DNA from: a bacterium
GTDB lineage: Bacteria > Fibrobacterota > Fibrobacteria > UBA11236
Reading direction: 5' to 3'
DNA length: 64,000 nt
NCBI GenBank assembly: GCA_900299345.1
Contig: OMJM01000042.1
Span: 6,298 to 70,297 of the forward strand
Positions 1 to 9,171 of this stretch are shown in pieces. A program made the position numbers and the translations under genes. The number at the start of each line of letters is the position of its first letter. Within the stretch, counting starts at the first letter, position 1. Under the pieces are notes generated by a model. It did not search any database and was not told the origin of the DNA. It saw only the letters and a program-made list of their open reading frames with translations.

Positions 1-114
1 GTCAAAAATACCGCCACGCAGGGCGAAGCCTGTACCAGCCGCCATGATGGCCATGAAGCCGGCTAACAGCAGTCGGCTGGAGTTGGGCACAATACCTTCG
101 GTTTTTGCTGACAT
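1..114 (-). CDS. MFS-type transporter, N-terminal fragment (runs off window start)
   Basis: Hand translation from ATG at 114: [38 protein letters not shown], resembling a first MFS helix; open to the window edge; not in the ORF track. Confidence 0.55.
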   Translation of the reverse strand, partial: MSAKTEGIVPNSSRLLLAGFMAIMAAGTGFALRGGIFD

Positions 115-249
115 ATTTTCGTCTCGCTTTGGTTAGAGGTGGCTTGCTGACAGAAAAAGGATGCCTTAATGTACTGCTATCCGTTTGGCCGGGCATGAGG
201 CTTTCGACATTTTTTTCATAAAAAGTTTAGCCATCAATCTTTGATAGGC

Positions 250-272
250 GTTTCCACACAGGTTGTGGATAA
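250..272. promoter_or_regulatory. Inverted pair of DnaA-box-like 9-mers
   Basis: TGTGGATAA at 264-272 is a perfect TTATCCACA on the minus strand; GTTTCCACA at 250-258 is 8/9 to TTWTNCACA. Confidence 0.45.
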
Positions 273-279
273 CTTGCTT

Positions 280-1110
280 TCAATGAAGGAAATAGAACAC
301 GACAACCGCCACGAAAATCCTGTACCAAGCAAAGAGCGAAAGCGAATGGCGGGTTAAATATCGCAAAAGAAACCGGATGGAAACCCAGGCTACCAGCCAT
401 GAAACCAGAAACCCAACCGTGAAATACCCGATGTCCGCCGCCTCGAGGAGACTGCGGCTTTTGTAAAGGTCGTAGCATGTGGCCGCCCCGATAATGGGAA
501 CAGCCGCCAGGAAGGAATACTCGGCCGCAGCTTCCCTGGACAAACCGAGTGCCATGCCTCCGACGATGGTAGAAGAAGAGCGGGACATTCCCGGCCAAAG
601 AGCCAGGCATTGAAAGCAGCCTATCCCCAAGGCTTGTTTCCATGTAATGGATTCCACGGAAAGAGTGGCGGATTTGCGTTTGAACTTTTCGACCAGCAGC
701 ATGAGTATGGCGCCAACCAGTAATCCCATGGCCACAGTCGCAGGTGTAAACAAGTGTTCCTTGATGGCATGATGGGCCAGTTTACCCAAGACGAGCCCCG
801 GCAAGGAGGTCGCCAACAGCAACAACAGTCCCCGTTTACCGGAAAAATCTGCTCCTTGTCCTTCGGACTTTTGAAGTTTGATGAGGGACGTAAACCTGCT
901 CCAAAACACCCCAACCACGGCGAGAATGGCTCCCAACTGGATGAAAATCTCAAATGTCTCTGCGCGTGGGCCGGCAAAACCCAAGACGTGACCGACAATG
1001 ATCAAATGGCCGGTGGAAGATACGGGAACATACTCGGTCAGTCCTTCGACCACACCCAAGATGACTGCAATTAAAAACACGACGGGCAAAATAATCATTG
1101 CGGCCAACAT
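280..1110 (-). CDS. uppP: Undecaprenyl-diphosphate phosphatase (BacA/UppP)
   Basis: GVVEGLTEYVPVSSTGH, IQLGAILAV, PGMSRSSSTI, AAEYSFL motifs; start 1110 or 1098. Confidence 0.95.
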   Translation of the reverse strand: MLAAMIILPVVFLIAVILGVVEGLTEYVPVSSTGHLIIVGHVLGFAGPRAETFEIFIQLGAILAVVGVFWSRFTSLIKLQKSEGQGADFSGKRGLLLLLATSLPGLVLGKLAHHAIKEHLFTPATVAMGLLVGAILMLLVEKFKRKSATLSVESITWKQALGIGCFQCLALWPGMSRSSSTIVGGMALGLSREAAAEYSFLAAVPIIGAATCYDLYKSRSLLEAADIGYFTVGFLVSWLVAWVSIRFLLRYLTRHSLSLFAWYRIFVAVVVFYFLH

Positions 1111-1123
1111 TTACCTTTGCCAC

Positions 1124-2083
1124 ATGTCCCGCCCACCGGTAAACGACTACGGATTTTCCACCCAGGTCGGTGCGCCGGGTGCGCGGTTGATCAATCCGGA
1201 CGGTTCGTTCAACGTGGTCCGGCGTGGGCTTGCGTTCTCCGAATCCTTCAGCATCTATCACAGCCTTATCAACATGCCGTGGAAGGCATTTTACGCGGTC
1301 GTGTTCTGCGCCTACTTCTGCGTCAATTCCCTGTTCTCTTTGCTTTACCTTGCGTTGGGGATTTCCCATCTCGAAGGCACGTCCGGAACGACCGCATGGC
1401 AACATTTTGCCGACGCATTTTTCTTCAGTTCCCAGACCTTGACCACGGTCGGATATGGTCACGTTCATCCCGCCGGGTTCTGGACCAGTGCGCTTGCCGC
1501 CTTTGAATCCATGTGCGGTCTCCTGGCATTCGCCATCGCCACAGGACTGCTCTTCGCCCGTTTTTCGCGCCCCCAGGCCAAGATCGTCCACAGTGATTCT
1601 GCATTGATTGCCCCTTACCGCGATGGACGGGGGTTCATGCTGCGCATCGCGAACGCCCGCAAGCATCCGTTGATCGAGGTCGAGGTGCAGGTTGGCTTGT
1701 CCTGGATTCCTCACGGTGAAAACAAGCGGCACTTTCATGAACTGCCGCTGGAGCGCCACAAAATCAATTTCTTTGCCCTGACATGGACGATTGTGCATCC
1801 CATTGACGAGCGCAGCCCTTTGGCGAGCATGACTCCAGCGCAATTAGTCGATGTTGACGGGGAATTCTTCGTCTGGATCAAGGCCTATGACGAAAGCTTC
1901 AACCAGACCGTTTATGCCCGCTTCTCATACAAACCGGGTGAGGTGGTGTGGGGAGCGCGTTTTGTCCGCGCTTTCAGCCACGAAGCCAACGGCATCACCT
2001 ATGTGGATCTTCACCGCCTGAGTCAGTACGAGGAAGCAATACTGCCTCCGGCCACTTCAGTGGGAAAACCCTCCAGCGGTTAG
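1124..2083 (+). CDS. Inward-rectifier potassium channel (KirBac-like)
   Basis: FFFSSQTLTTVGYG selectivity filter, two TM helices, FARFSRP, Kir cytoplasmic domain (WTIVHPIDERSPL); start set to ATG 1124. Confidence 0.9.
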   Translation: MSRPPVNDYGFSTQVGAPGARLINPDGSFNVVRRGLAFSESFSIYHSLINMPWKAFYAVVFCAYFCVNSLFSLLYLALGISHLEGTSGTTAWQHFADAFFFSSQTLTTVGYGHVHPAGFWTSALAAFESMCGLLAFAIATGLLFARFSRPQAKIVHSDSALIAPYRDGRGFMLRIANARKHPLIEVEVQVGLSWIPHGENKRHFHELPLERHKINFFALTWTIVHPIDERSPLASMTPAQLVDVDGEFFVWIKAYDESFNQTVYARFSYKPGEVVWGARFVRAFSHEANGITYVDLHRLSQYEEAILPPATSVGKPSSG

Positions 2084-3013
2084 CGGAGAGGTTTTCCCGT
2101 TCTCGGTTAAGAACACGCCCTCCCCCTTCTCCACAATGCCGATTTCGGCAACCGGGGTGATCATTCGCATCCGACTCAGTTCATCTGAAGAAAAATCTCC
2201 GCTGAAAAGAAGCTGATACTCTTCACCACCGTTGAGAACAAAATCGCGCGCTTCTTTCTTGTTATCCCATGTCCCCAGTTCCGGATGCACGGGGAGCTTT
2301 TCCCAATCAACGCGCAAACCACAACGGGATTGGCGAGAAAGATGCCACAACTCAGAAGACAACCCGTCGCTGATGTCAATGGCGGCAACCTGCTTGTTCA
2401 ACCCACCAAGAAAGGGTCCCAATTCCAGCGGTGGTTCCGGCGAAAGATGGAGGTCCGTCAAAACTCCCCGCTCCCCTTTCTGGAGCAGCCTTAATCCCGC
2501 CGCTGAGCCGCCCAAATATCCGCTCACGTAAACCCGGTGATCCGGCTGGCAATTGGAACGGAGGAGCGGCAGCCCTTCCACCTCGCCCAATACAGTGAAA
2601 GAAAAAAAGCTCGTGTCGGTTGTCCGAATCGTATCTCCTCCGGAAACCTCAAACCGGCGTTCCTTTTCGAGCTCCCGCAGCACGGCTCCCAGCTTTTCAA
2701 ACGTCACGCTTTCCCACTCGGAACGTGCTCCCAGATTCAAAAAAGCGTGACGACTGCGCCCGCCCATGGCATTGATGTCGGAGAGATTGGCCAACAGCGC
2801 TTTGCGCAAGGCTTTCTCAGGAGTCGCCCAATCCAGACGATAGTGAACCCCTTCCGAGCTGGCGTCCGATGTAACAGCCCAAAGTACCCCGGGTTTTGGC
2901 TCAAAAAGGAAGGTGTCGTCTCCCAAACCCCGTCCGTCACGACGAAACCGATCGTCACCGAACATCTTTTCAATGAGTGAAAATTCAGTTCCGGGAGCAA
3001 AAAACTTGTTCAC
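2057..3013 (-). CDS. thiL: Thiamine-monophosphate kinase
   Basis: EFSLI, GDD, NLSDINAMGG, GGDT, IDISDGL, GGEEYQLLF, C-terminal GFSH. Confidence 0.92.
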   Translation of the reverse strand: MNKFFAPGTEFSLIEKMFGDDRFRRDGRGLGDDTFLFEPKPGVLWAVTSDASSEGVHYRLDWATPEKALRKALLANLSDINAMGGRSRHAFLNLGARSEWESVTFEKLGAVLRELEKERRFEVSGGDTIRTTDTSFFSFTVLGEVEGLPLLRSNCQPDHRVYVSGYLGGSAAGLRLLQKGERGVLTDLHLSPEPPLELGPFLGGLNKQVAAIDISDGLSSELWHLSRQSRCGLRVDWEKLPVHPELGTWDNKKEARDFVLNGGEEYQLLFSGDFSSDELSRMRMITPVAEIGIVEKGEGVFLTENGKTSPLTAGGFSH

Positions 3014-3149
3014 AGTCGGAAACTAAGATTTTCGGCCAAAAACGGTAACAGCCGACTGCATTTCCGGCATTTTCTTACAGCGAAAAAATGCTTGAAACGC
3101 TATTTTATGAGGGCTGAAAAGGCATATCGCAAAACAAGAGAGGGTTTTC

Positions 3150-5030
3150 ATGTCATCCAAACTCAAACTTTCCATACTGACTGTGGCAATTTCCGGATTG
3201 CTTCACACGTTGTCCTTGGCACAGACATGTGTCGAGCCGACGGCAAGTCAATTCCGTACGGTCACCCTGGTTGCACCAGGGACCACAGGTACCCTCTATG
3301 AGAGCGGCAACTATGGCTGCGTGGGAATGTCCATCACCCCTGACGGCAAGGTATTCATCGCCAAAATGAAAAGCGGCGAAATCCGCGTTTACGACCCCGC
3401 TAACGCAAACACCACCACTTTGGCGGGTACTATTCCCACGTTTGCAAGCACCGAGGATGGCTTGCTGGGCGTCGTTGTTGATCCCAATTACGCCACGAAC
3501 AAGTGGGTGTATGCTTTTTACTCAGATCCCTGTGGCCTGAATTGCACCAACCGTGCCATGGAATTGGCCCGGTTTACGTATGTCTCCACAAATGCGGCCA
3601 ACGCCCAGCTGACCAACAAAAAGATCATCTTGCGCTTCCCCCGCGAAAAGAATGACGATCACCATGCGGCCGGAAACATGTCATTCGACAAAAACGGCGT
3701 TCTGGTTATCGGTGTGGGCGACAACCGCGACCCGCACAACAGCAACAATAACGGCTACGGCCCCATCTATTATCCGACGACCAACGCGGACGCGCAGGGC
3801 ACCTCCGCCAACACCAATGATTTGCGTGGTAAGGTTCTTCGCATCAAACCCCTCGCTTTCGCAGACAACACAACTCCAACGCCGGGAATCGACAGCACCT
3901 ATTCCATTCCTTCTGGCAACCTGTGGGAAAAAATCAATAACACGACTTACAACCCCGGTTGGAGAAACGACTCTGACGACATCTCTAAAGTGCGCAAGGA
4001 GATTTACGTCATGGGCAACCGCAATCCTTTCCACCCCCGTGTGGATACCCGTTCGGGTTGGATTTTCTGGGGCGAAATCGGACCGGATGCGAATTCCGAT
4101 GCTTTGACCACGCGTGGCCCTTCAGGACACGACGAATGGAATTTTGCCGCTACCGCAGGATTTTATGGCCACCCCTATTGCAACGGCTACAACGTGCCGT
4201 ATGGCTCACTGACTTCGCCCTCCACGACCTATGGAAGCCTGTATGACTGCAAGGCGACCGGCAACGCTTCGCTGACCCCGCTGATCAACAAATCGCCCAA
4301 CAACACCGGTATTAAGCATTTGCCTCCTCCAGTTCCTGCTGTGGCAGCCTATACCAGCGGTAACAGCACAGATGACGATCCGCGTTTCAACGCGACCTAC
4401 AGCCTCACCACCATCGCGCATGCCTCGGAAAGCTCCATTGGTGGTCCGATGTATCGCTACGATTCAGCGCTGGCTTCCACCATCAAGTTCCCCCCTTACT
4501 ACGAAGGCAAGATCTTCTTCTTCGACTGGGCTCGTCGCAGCTTCCGCATCCTCAAGATGCGTCCGGACGGCACCTTGCCCAAAGGCGACACGGGTGTCGT
4601 GAATTTCGCGCCCAACGGCTTCACCACGAACAGCTATCTCGACATGCAGTTTGGTCCGGATGGCGCCTTGTACATGCTGCGCAATACCTCCAATGGCTAC
4701 AGCGGCGGTGATGGCGCGCTTTATCGCGTCGAATACACGGGCACCTACGACAACACCTGCTACCGCCCCTTCGACGTCACCGTTTTGGGCCCGGGCGCAA
4801 CTCAGGGAACGACGGCCATCGCGTATCATCAACCCATTCAAAAATCCATCTCGCCCGTCATGGCGAATGGAATGCTGATGCTGCCGGAAGGTTACAAGGG
4901 TGTGGAATTGTTTGACATGTCCGGCCGCCAGATTTGGAACTTCAGCCGTGATAATTCGGTTGGTTCCTACAACGTCCGTTTGCCCGCCAATCTGGGCAAC
5001 GGTATCTGGCAAGCCAAGCTGGTTCCCTAA
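3150..5030 (+). CDS. Secreted GSDH-family (soluble quinoprotein sugar dehydrogenase-like) beta-propeller with T9SS-like C-terminal domain
   Basis: Signal peptide ...LSLA|QTC; EDGLLG, HHAAG, LRGKVLRI, GNRNPF, FGPDGALY; tail VELFDMSGRQI...GIWQAKL. Confidence 0.8.
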   Translation: MSSKLKLSILTVAISGLLHTLSLAQTCVEPTASQFRTVTLVAPGTTGTLYESGNYGCVGMSITPDGKVFIAKMKSGEIRVYDPANANTTTLAGTIPTFASTEDGLLGVVVDPNYATNKWVYAFYSDPCGLNCTNRAMELARFTYVSTNAANAQLTNKKIILRFPREKNDDHHAAGNMSFDKNGVLVIGVGDNRDPHNSNNNGYGPIYYPTTNADAQGTSANTNDLRGKVLRIKPLAFADNTTPTPGIDSTYSIPSGNLWEKINNTTYNPGWRNDSDDISKVRKEIYVMGNRNPFHPRVDTRSGWIFWGEIGPDANSDALTTRGPSGHDEWNFAATAGFYGHPYCNGYNVPYGSLTSPSTTYGSLYDCKATGNASLTPLINKSPNNTGIKHLPPPVPAVAAYTSGNSTDDDPRFNATYSLTTIAHASESSIGGPMYRYDSALASTIKFPPYYEGKIFFFDWARRSFRILKMRPDGTLPKGDTGVVNFAPNGFTTNSYLDMQFGPDGALYMLRNTSNGYSGGDGALYRVEYTGTYDNTCYRPFDVTVLGPGATQGTTAIAYHQPIQKSISPVMANGMLMLPEGYKGVELFDMSGRQIWNFSRDNSVGSYNVRLPANLGNGIWQAKLVP

Positions 5031-5051
5031 AACAGAATCCGGTTTTCCAAT

Positions 5052-5081
5052 AAAAAAGCCCTGCGAATGCAGGGCTTTTTT
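5052..5081. terminator. Bidirectional intrinsic terminator
   Basis: AAAAAA-GCCCTGC-GAAT-GCAGGGC-TTTTTT between convergent genes. Confidence 0.85.
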
Positions 5082-5112
5082 ATTTCGAACGACGACGCGA
5101 AAACGGAAACCT

Positions 5113-6282
5113 CTAACGGAGCGCCCCCAGCGTCACCCACTGTAAACCGATTTCATTCAGCTGTTTGCCATTCTTCTCGATCAGTCGCTGCAAATGATTT
5201 GGCAACCCGGGGAAATACCGTAACACCCAGATCCCTTCGCCGGTCTTTCCGGCGCGTTCGCAACGACGCAGCATTTCAGCTTCCAAAATTTTTCCCGTCG
5301 CGTCCGGCTCTTGTATCCGGGCGACGTAAGCCACCGCGGACGCCTCAAACGCCACCGATGCGGTGAAGCTGCGCGATGAGGACGTCAAATCGAGGAACAC
5401 TTTTGAATGCGCCGATGTGTAACGCAGAATGTTTTCCAGCAGCGGGCGGTTCTCGATGGCGCGATCGCCGAATGTCGTCGCAAAACCCGCGGCACTGGGG
5501 TACAGGTTTTGGCGGGCCTGCAACAATTTTTCAACCTCTGAACGGGAATGATGGATGAACAACGCACCACGGCCCGGCTTGACATAGGGATAACCGGAAG
5601 GTTCCATGGGGAGTTCGAGAAAGGCCTGCTTGTTTGATGGCAGGTTCCACCAGCACGATCTCACTCCGGTGGAATCATCACCGGGAATCGCCAGGGTCAA
5701 CGCCTCCGGAAAGGCCAATAAGGATTTCGACTCTTCATCGCTGACGGTCCCAAGCGACACGACCACAATGGCCATGCGCGAAGCCCCGGCCAAAAGATTT
5801 TTTCCCAGCAACAGGCGCAGGGCACATGAAGAACCTGAAGCTGATTGAAGACTGTATTCGACCTTGGCTTCTGGCGGATCAAACTCATGCCCTTCCAATA
5901 CTCGGATTCCAGAAACCTGTGAAAGCGATTCGGCCTCATAGGCGTATTCGTGCAGTGGACGTCCCTTGGGGAGCGTCAGTTCGACAAACCCACCGCGCTT
6001 TGCGAGGTTGACCGGACGCAAGCCATGCCGTTTCAACAAAGGCAGGATCACCGATTCGCGATATACAACCAACCCTGTGTCGCGGTACAGCCACGGTAAT
6101 TTCTTGCGCCAGTAGGCCTCGCTGTTTGTGTCCACAATGGCGGGATCAGGACGGATTGGTTTCTGGATCTTCCGACCTTTGGACGAACCGGAATGGACGG
6201 GGTGTTTGGCGGCAAAAGCGGGATGAATGTTCCCGATTGAAATCAGCAGCAAGAAAAGCGTAAAACGATGAAATAATCTCAT
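5113..6282 (-). CDS. Exported protein with divergent polysaccharide deacetylase (YibQ-like) C-terminal domain, apparently degenerate
   Basis: Signal peptide; LTLAIPG, LPMEP..YP...PG, VFLD and terminal WVTL match the family layout, but metal ligands are missing. Confidence 0.6.
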   Translation of the reverse strand: MRLFHRFTLFLLLISIGNIHPAFAAKHPVHSGSSKGRKIQKPIRPDPAIVDTNSEAYWRKKLPWLYRDTGLVVYRESVILPLLKRHGLRPVNLAKRGGFVELTLPKGRPLHEYAYEAESLSQVSGIRVLEGHEFDPPEAKVEYSLQSASGSSCALRLLLGKNLLAGASRMAIVVVSLGTVSDEESKSLLAFPEALTLAIPGDDSTGVRSCWWNLPSNKQAFLELPMEPSGYPYVKPGRGALFIHHSRSEVEKLLQARQNLYPSAAGFATTFGDRAIENRPLLENILRYTSAHSKVFLDLTSSSRSFTASVAFEASAVAYVARIQEPDATGKILEAEMLRRCERAGKTGEGIWVLRYFPGLPNHLQRLIEKNGKQLNEIGLQWVTLGALR

Positions 6283-6322
6283 GCGGAAGGCCGAAAATAA
6301 CAATCAGGACCAATCCTTGTGA

Positions 6323-6351
6323 TTGACAAGGAAGGGTCGCGAGCCTAGATT
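6323..6351 (+). promoter_or_regulatory. Sigma70-type promoter for the tRNA pair
   Basis: TTGACA (6323-6328), 17 bp spacer, TAGATT (6346-6351). Confidence 0.7.
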
Positions 6352-6408
6352 TTTCCCCCTGTTTTCGGGGTTTTGGCCCTGAAGTTGCCGGATGGAACCA
6401 CGTTCCGT

Positions 6409-6485
6409 GGGTCTGTAGCTCAGTTGGTTAGAGCATCGCTCTGATAAGGCGGGGGTCGGAGGTTCAAGTCCTCCCAGGCCCACCA
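6409..6485 (+). tRNA. tRNA-Ile(GAT)
   Basis: Full cloverleaf, anticodon loop CTGATAA, TTCAAGT T-loop, encoded CCA; 77 nt. Confidence 0.95.
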
Positions 6486-6508
6486 TCCGGTGGCTTTTCT
6501 GAATTCTT

Positions 6509-6584
6509 GGGGTTATAGCTCAATTGGTAGAGCGCCTGCTTTGCATGCAGGAGGTCAGGAGTTCGATTCTCCTTAACTCCACCA
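6509..6584 (+). tRNA. tRNA-Ala(TGC)
   Basis: Full cloverleaf, anticodon loop TTTGCAT, G3:U70 identity pair, encoded CCA; 76 nt. Confidence 0.96.
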
Positions 6585-6594
6585 TTTTCCGTCC

Positions 6595-8265
6595 TTAGGT
6601 TCTGTTTTTCCAGTAATACCCGAGCAGACCGTTGGTGGACGCATCGTGCTTCAGTTCCACCAGACCCTTTTCCCCTTTTTCCAATTCCGTCAGAATGGCT
6701 TGGGCCAACTGCTTGCCCAGCTCCACGCCCCACTGATCGTAGCTGTTGACTTGCCAAATCACGCCTTGGACGAAAATCTTGTGCTCGTACAGTGCGATGA
6801 GCGAGCCTAATGTTTCCGGCGTCAATTTGCGCATCAAGATGGTGTTTGTCGGGCGATTCCCCTCGAACACCTTGTGTGGCGCCAGCGCCTTGATGTCTGC
6901 CTCGGACATTCCCTTGGCGCGCAACTCAGCCTCTGCCTGCTCCAGTGTCTTTCCCACCATCAACGCTTCAGTCTGTGCGAAACAATTGGCCAGCAGCATG
7001 CGATGATGCGAACCCACTGGATTGTGGGATTGCATGGGCGCAATGAAGTCACAGGGAATAAGCCGTGTTCCCTGATGGATAAGCTGGTAAAAGGAGTGTT
7101 GGCCGTTGGTGCCCGGTTCGCCCCAGATGATGGGACCGGTGAGATAATCCACACGCTGGCCGGAACGGGTGACGAACTTGCCGTTCGATTCCATGTCGGC
7201 CTGCTGCAAATAGGCGGGCAATCGGTGCAGGTATTGATCGTAGGGCATGACGCCATGTGTCTCGGCGCCGAAAAAATCCGTGTACCATATTCCGAGCAAC
7301 GCGAGAATAACCGGCAAGTTTTGATCCAAAGGCGCTTCACGGAAATGACGATCCATGGCGTCGGCGCCTTTCAAAAAGGCGACGAAGTTGTCGAAGCCGA
7401 CGAACAAGGCGATGGGCAAACCAATGGCGCTCCAGCAGGAATATCGACCGCCCACCCAATCCCAGAACTCAAAGGCATTGGCTGGATCAATTCCGAATTC
7501 CTTCACCGCCGGAATGTTGGTGGAAAGCGCCGCGAAGTGCTTGGCCACTGCGGAAACGTCTCCACCGAACGCCTTGAGCATGGCTTCGCGGGCCGTGTGA
7601 GCATTGGCCATCGTTTCCTGCGTGGTGAATGTCTTCGAGGCGACGAGGAAAAGGGTTTGATCCAACTCCACCTTGCGCAGGATTTCGGAAATGTGCGTGC
7701 CATCCACGTTGGACACGAAATGCACAACGATCTGCTGTTTTCCGGAGGCGTCATAGGAATAGGGCTTGAGAGCTTCAGTCACCATCACCGGCCCGAGATC
7801 CGAACCGCCGATGCCGATGTTCACCACATGACGAATGGGTTTACCGGTGTGTCCCTTCCACTCGCCGGAACGAACGCGGTCACAGAATAGACGCATTTTC
7901 TCCAACACGGCGCGAACACCGGGCATGACATCTGCGCCGTCCATGAACACCGGTCCCGAACCTTGATGGCGCAAAGCTGTATGCAGCACGGCGCGCTTTT
8001 CGGTGAAGTTGATCTTCTCGCCATTGAACATGGCTTCGCGCATTTTTTCGACGCCGGTTTGCGCAGCGAGATCCCGCAGAATACGGAGTGTGTCATCACT
8101 GATGAGGTTCTTGCTGTAGTCGAGGTGCAGCCCGCACGCTTCGGTTTGGTAGCGGTTTGCGCGACCGGGATCGGTGGCGAACAATTCGCGGAGTTTCCAG
8201 CGCGAAGCAGTGGAATGATGGTTTTGAAGGGCTTTCCATGCGGGGGTATCGGTCAGGACGCTCAC
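6595..8265 (-). CDS. pgi: Glucose-6-phosphate isomerase
   Basis: [45 protein letters not shown]; GTG start with AAGGA SD. Confidence 0.98.
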   Translation of the reverse strand: MSVLTDTPAWKALQNHHSTASRWKLRELFATDPGRANRYQTEACGLHLDYSKNLISDDTLRILRDLAAQTGVEKMREAMFNGEKINFTEKRAVLHTALRHQGSGPVFMDGADVMPGVRAVLEKMRLFCDRVRSGEWKGHTGKPIRHVVNIGIGGSDLGPVMVTEALKPYSYDASGKQQIVVHFVSNVDGTHISEILRKVELDQTLFLVASKTFTTQETMANAHTAREAMLKAFGGDVSAVAKHFAALSTNIPAVKEFGIDPANAFEFWDWVGGRYSCWSAIGLPIALFVGFDNFVAFLKGADAMDRHFREAPLDQNLPVILALLGIWYTDFFGAETHGVMPYDQYLHRLPAYLQQADMESNGKFVTRSGQRVDYLTGPIIWGEPGTNGQHSFYQLIHQGTRLIPCDFIAPMQSHNPVGSHHRMLLANCFAQTEALMVGKTLEQAEAELRAKGMSEADIKALAPHKVFEGNRPTNTILMRKLTPETLGSLIALYEHKIFVQGVIWQVNSYDQWGVELGKQLAQAILTELEKGEKGLVELKHDASTNGLLGYYWKNRT

Positions 8266-8317
8266 GTTTCTTCCTTTTTTGGTTGAGCAAAGATAGAAGG
8301 TTCTAGTTTCTCACCGC

Positions 8318-8479
8318 ATGGCTGCCGATTCTAGAATTTCAGGAAAGAAAATCGTCCCTCTGCTGTTCGCCGGAGCGGCGCTGCTGGCGCTCATCGTGTT
8401 TCTGGTCGGAGTGCGGGAAAAACACAAACGCCGGAGTGAAATCCAACACTCCGCGCCCCATTCTACCGTCGAGCAATAA
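8318..8479 (+). CDS. Putative 53-aa single-pass membrane protein
   Basis: MAADSRISGKK-IVPLLFAGAALLALIVFLVGV-REKHKRRSEIQHSAPHSTVEQ; clean hydrophobic helix flanked by basic residues; fills the pgi-rsmE gap. Confidence 0.5.
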   Translation: MAADSRISGKKIVPLLFAGAALLALIVFLVGVREKHKRRSEIQHSAPHSTVEQ

Positions 8480-9167
8480 GATTCCCCAGCGCGGCAATGG
8501 GGGCGTGAATTGCCCGAAGTCGCGTCGGCCCCAGACTAAGACGATGACAGTTCTCCTGAGCCAGTAAATACATCAGCTCCAATTCTGAAAAACCACCCTC
8601 CGGTCCGATCAGCAGGTGCAACTTCGTGGGCAACGGAGAGGGAACAGTGTCCATCCCCGGATGCGCCAACGCCAACGGAATTTCCCGGTGGAATTCACGC
8701 CATGTCCGTAATCCCTGTGGCGCATGTATCCGGGTCAGCCAAGGCTTCTTGGCCTGCTTGAGCGACGTGAGACTTTTCTGCCTCAAGCGCTCCAACAACC
8801 GCTCAAATCCCTGTCCTTCAAATTCGCTGCTGTGATCGGTCTTGAGCAGAAACACATCGGCGATGGGAAATTCACACGCAGCTTCCACGGGCAGTTCCAC
8901 ATCGCGCCCCTTGAGCAACCCGATGGCAAGACACAATCCCGGAGGCTCCGGCTCCTGTCGCACGCATTCGAGGATTTCAATCCGGCCCTGTTCGGAAACG
9001 AGCCGTGCCGAAAACACGGAGCCTTCGCCGTTGGACACGACGATTTCAGATCCGGTCTTGAGACGCAACACCTTCAGCGCATGATGCGCTTCTTCCGGTG
9101 GCAGTCCGAGAGATTCTCCCGATTGGCGGGCGGGAGCGTAGAACCAGTTTTCGTCGAAGAGGGACAT
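8463..9167 (-). CDS. rsmE: 16S rRNA m3U1498 methyltransferase
   Basis: HHALKVLRL, LLIGPEGGFS, SLGPTRLR (SPOUT knot). Confidence 0.9.
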   Translation of the reverse strand: MSLFDENWFYAPARQSGESLGLPPEEAHHALKVLRLKTGSEIVVSNGEGSVFSARLVSEQGRIEILECVRQEPEPPGLCLAIGLLKGRDVELPVEAACEFPIADVFLLKTDHSSEFEGQGFERLLERLRQKSLTSLKQAKKPWLTRIHAPQGLRTWREFHREIPLALAHPGMDTVPSPLPTKLHLLIGPEGGFSELELMYLLAQENCHRLSLGPTRLRAIHAPIAALGNLIARR

Positions 9168-9171
9168 GCCG

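Noticed and set aside
6300-6600. rRNA operon around tRNA-Ile/Ala
   Set aside because: Both flanks are protein-coding; no 16S or 23S sequence
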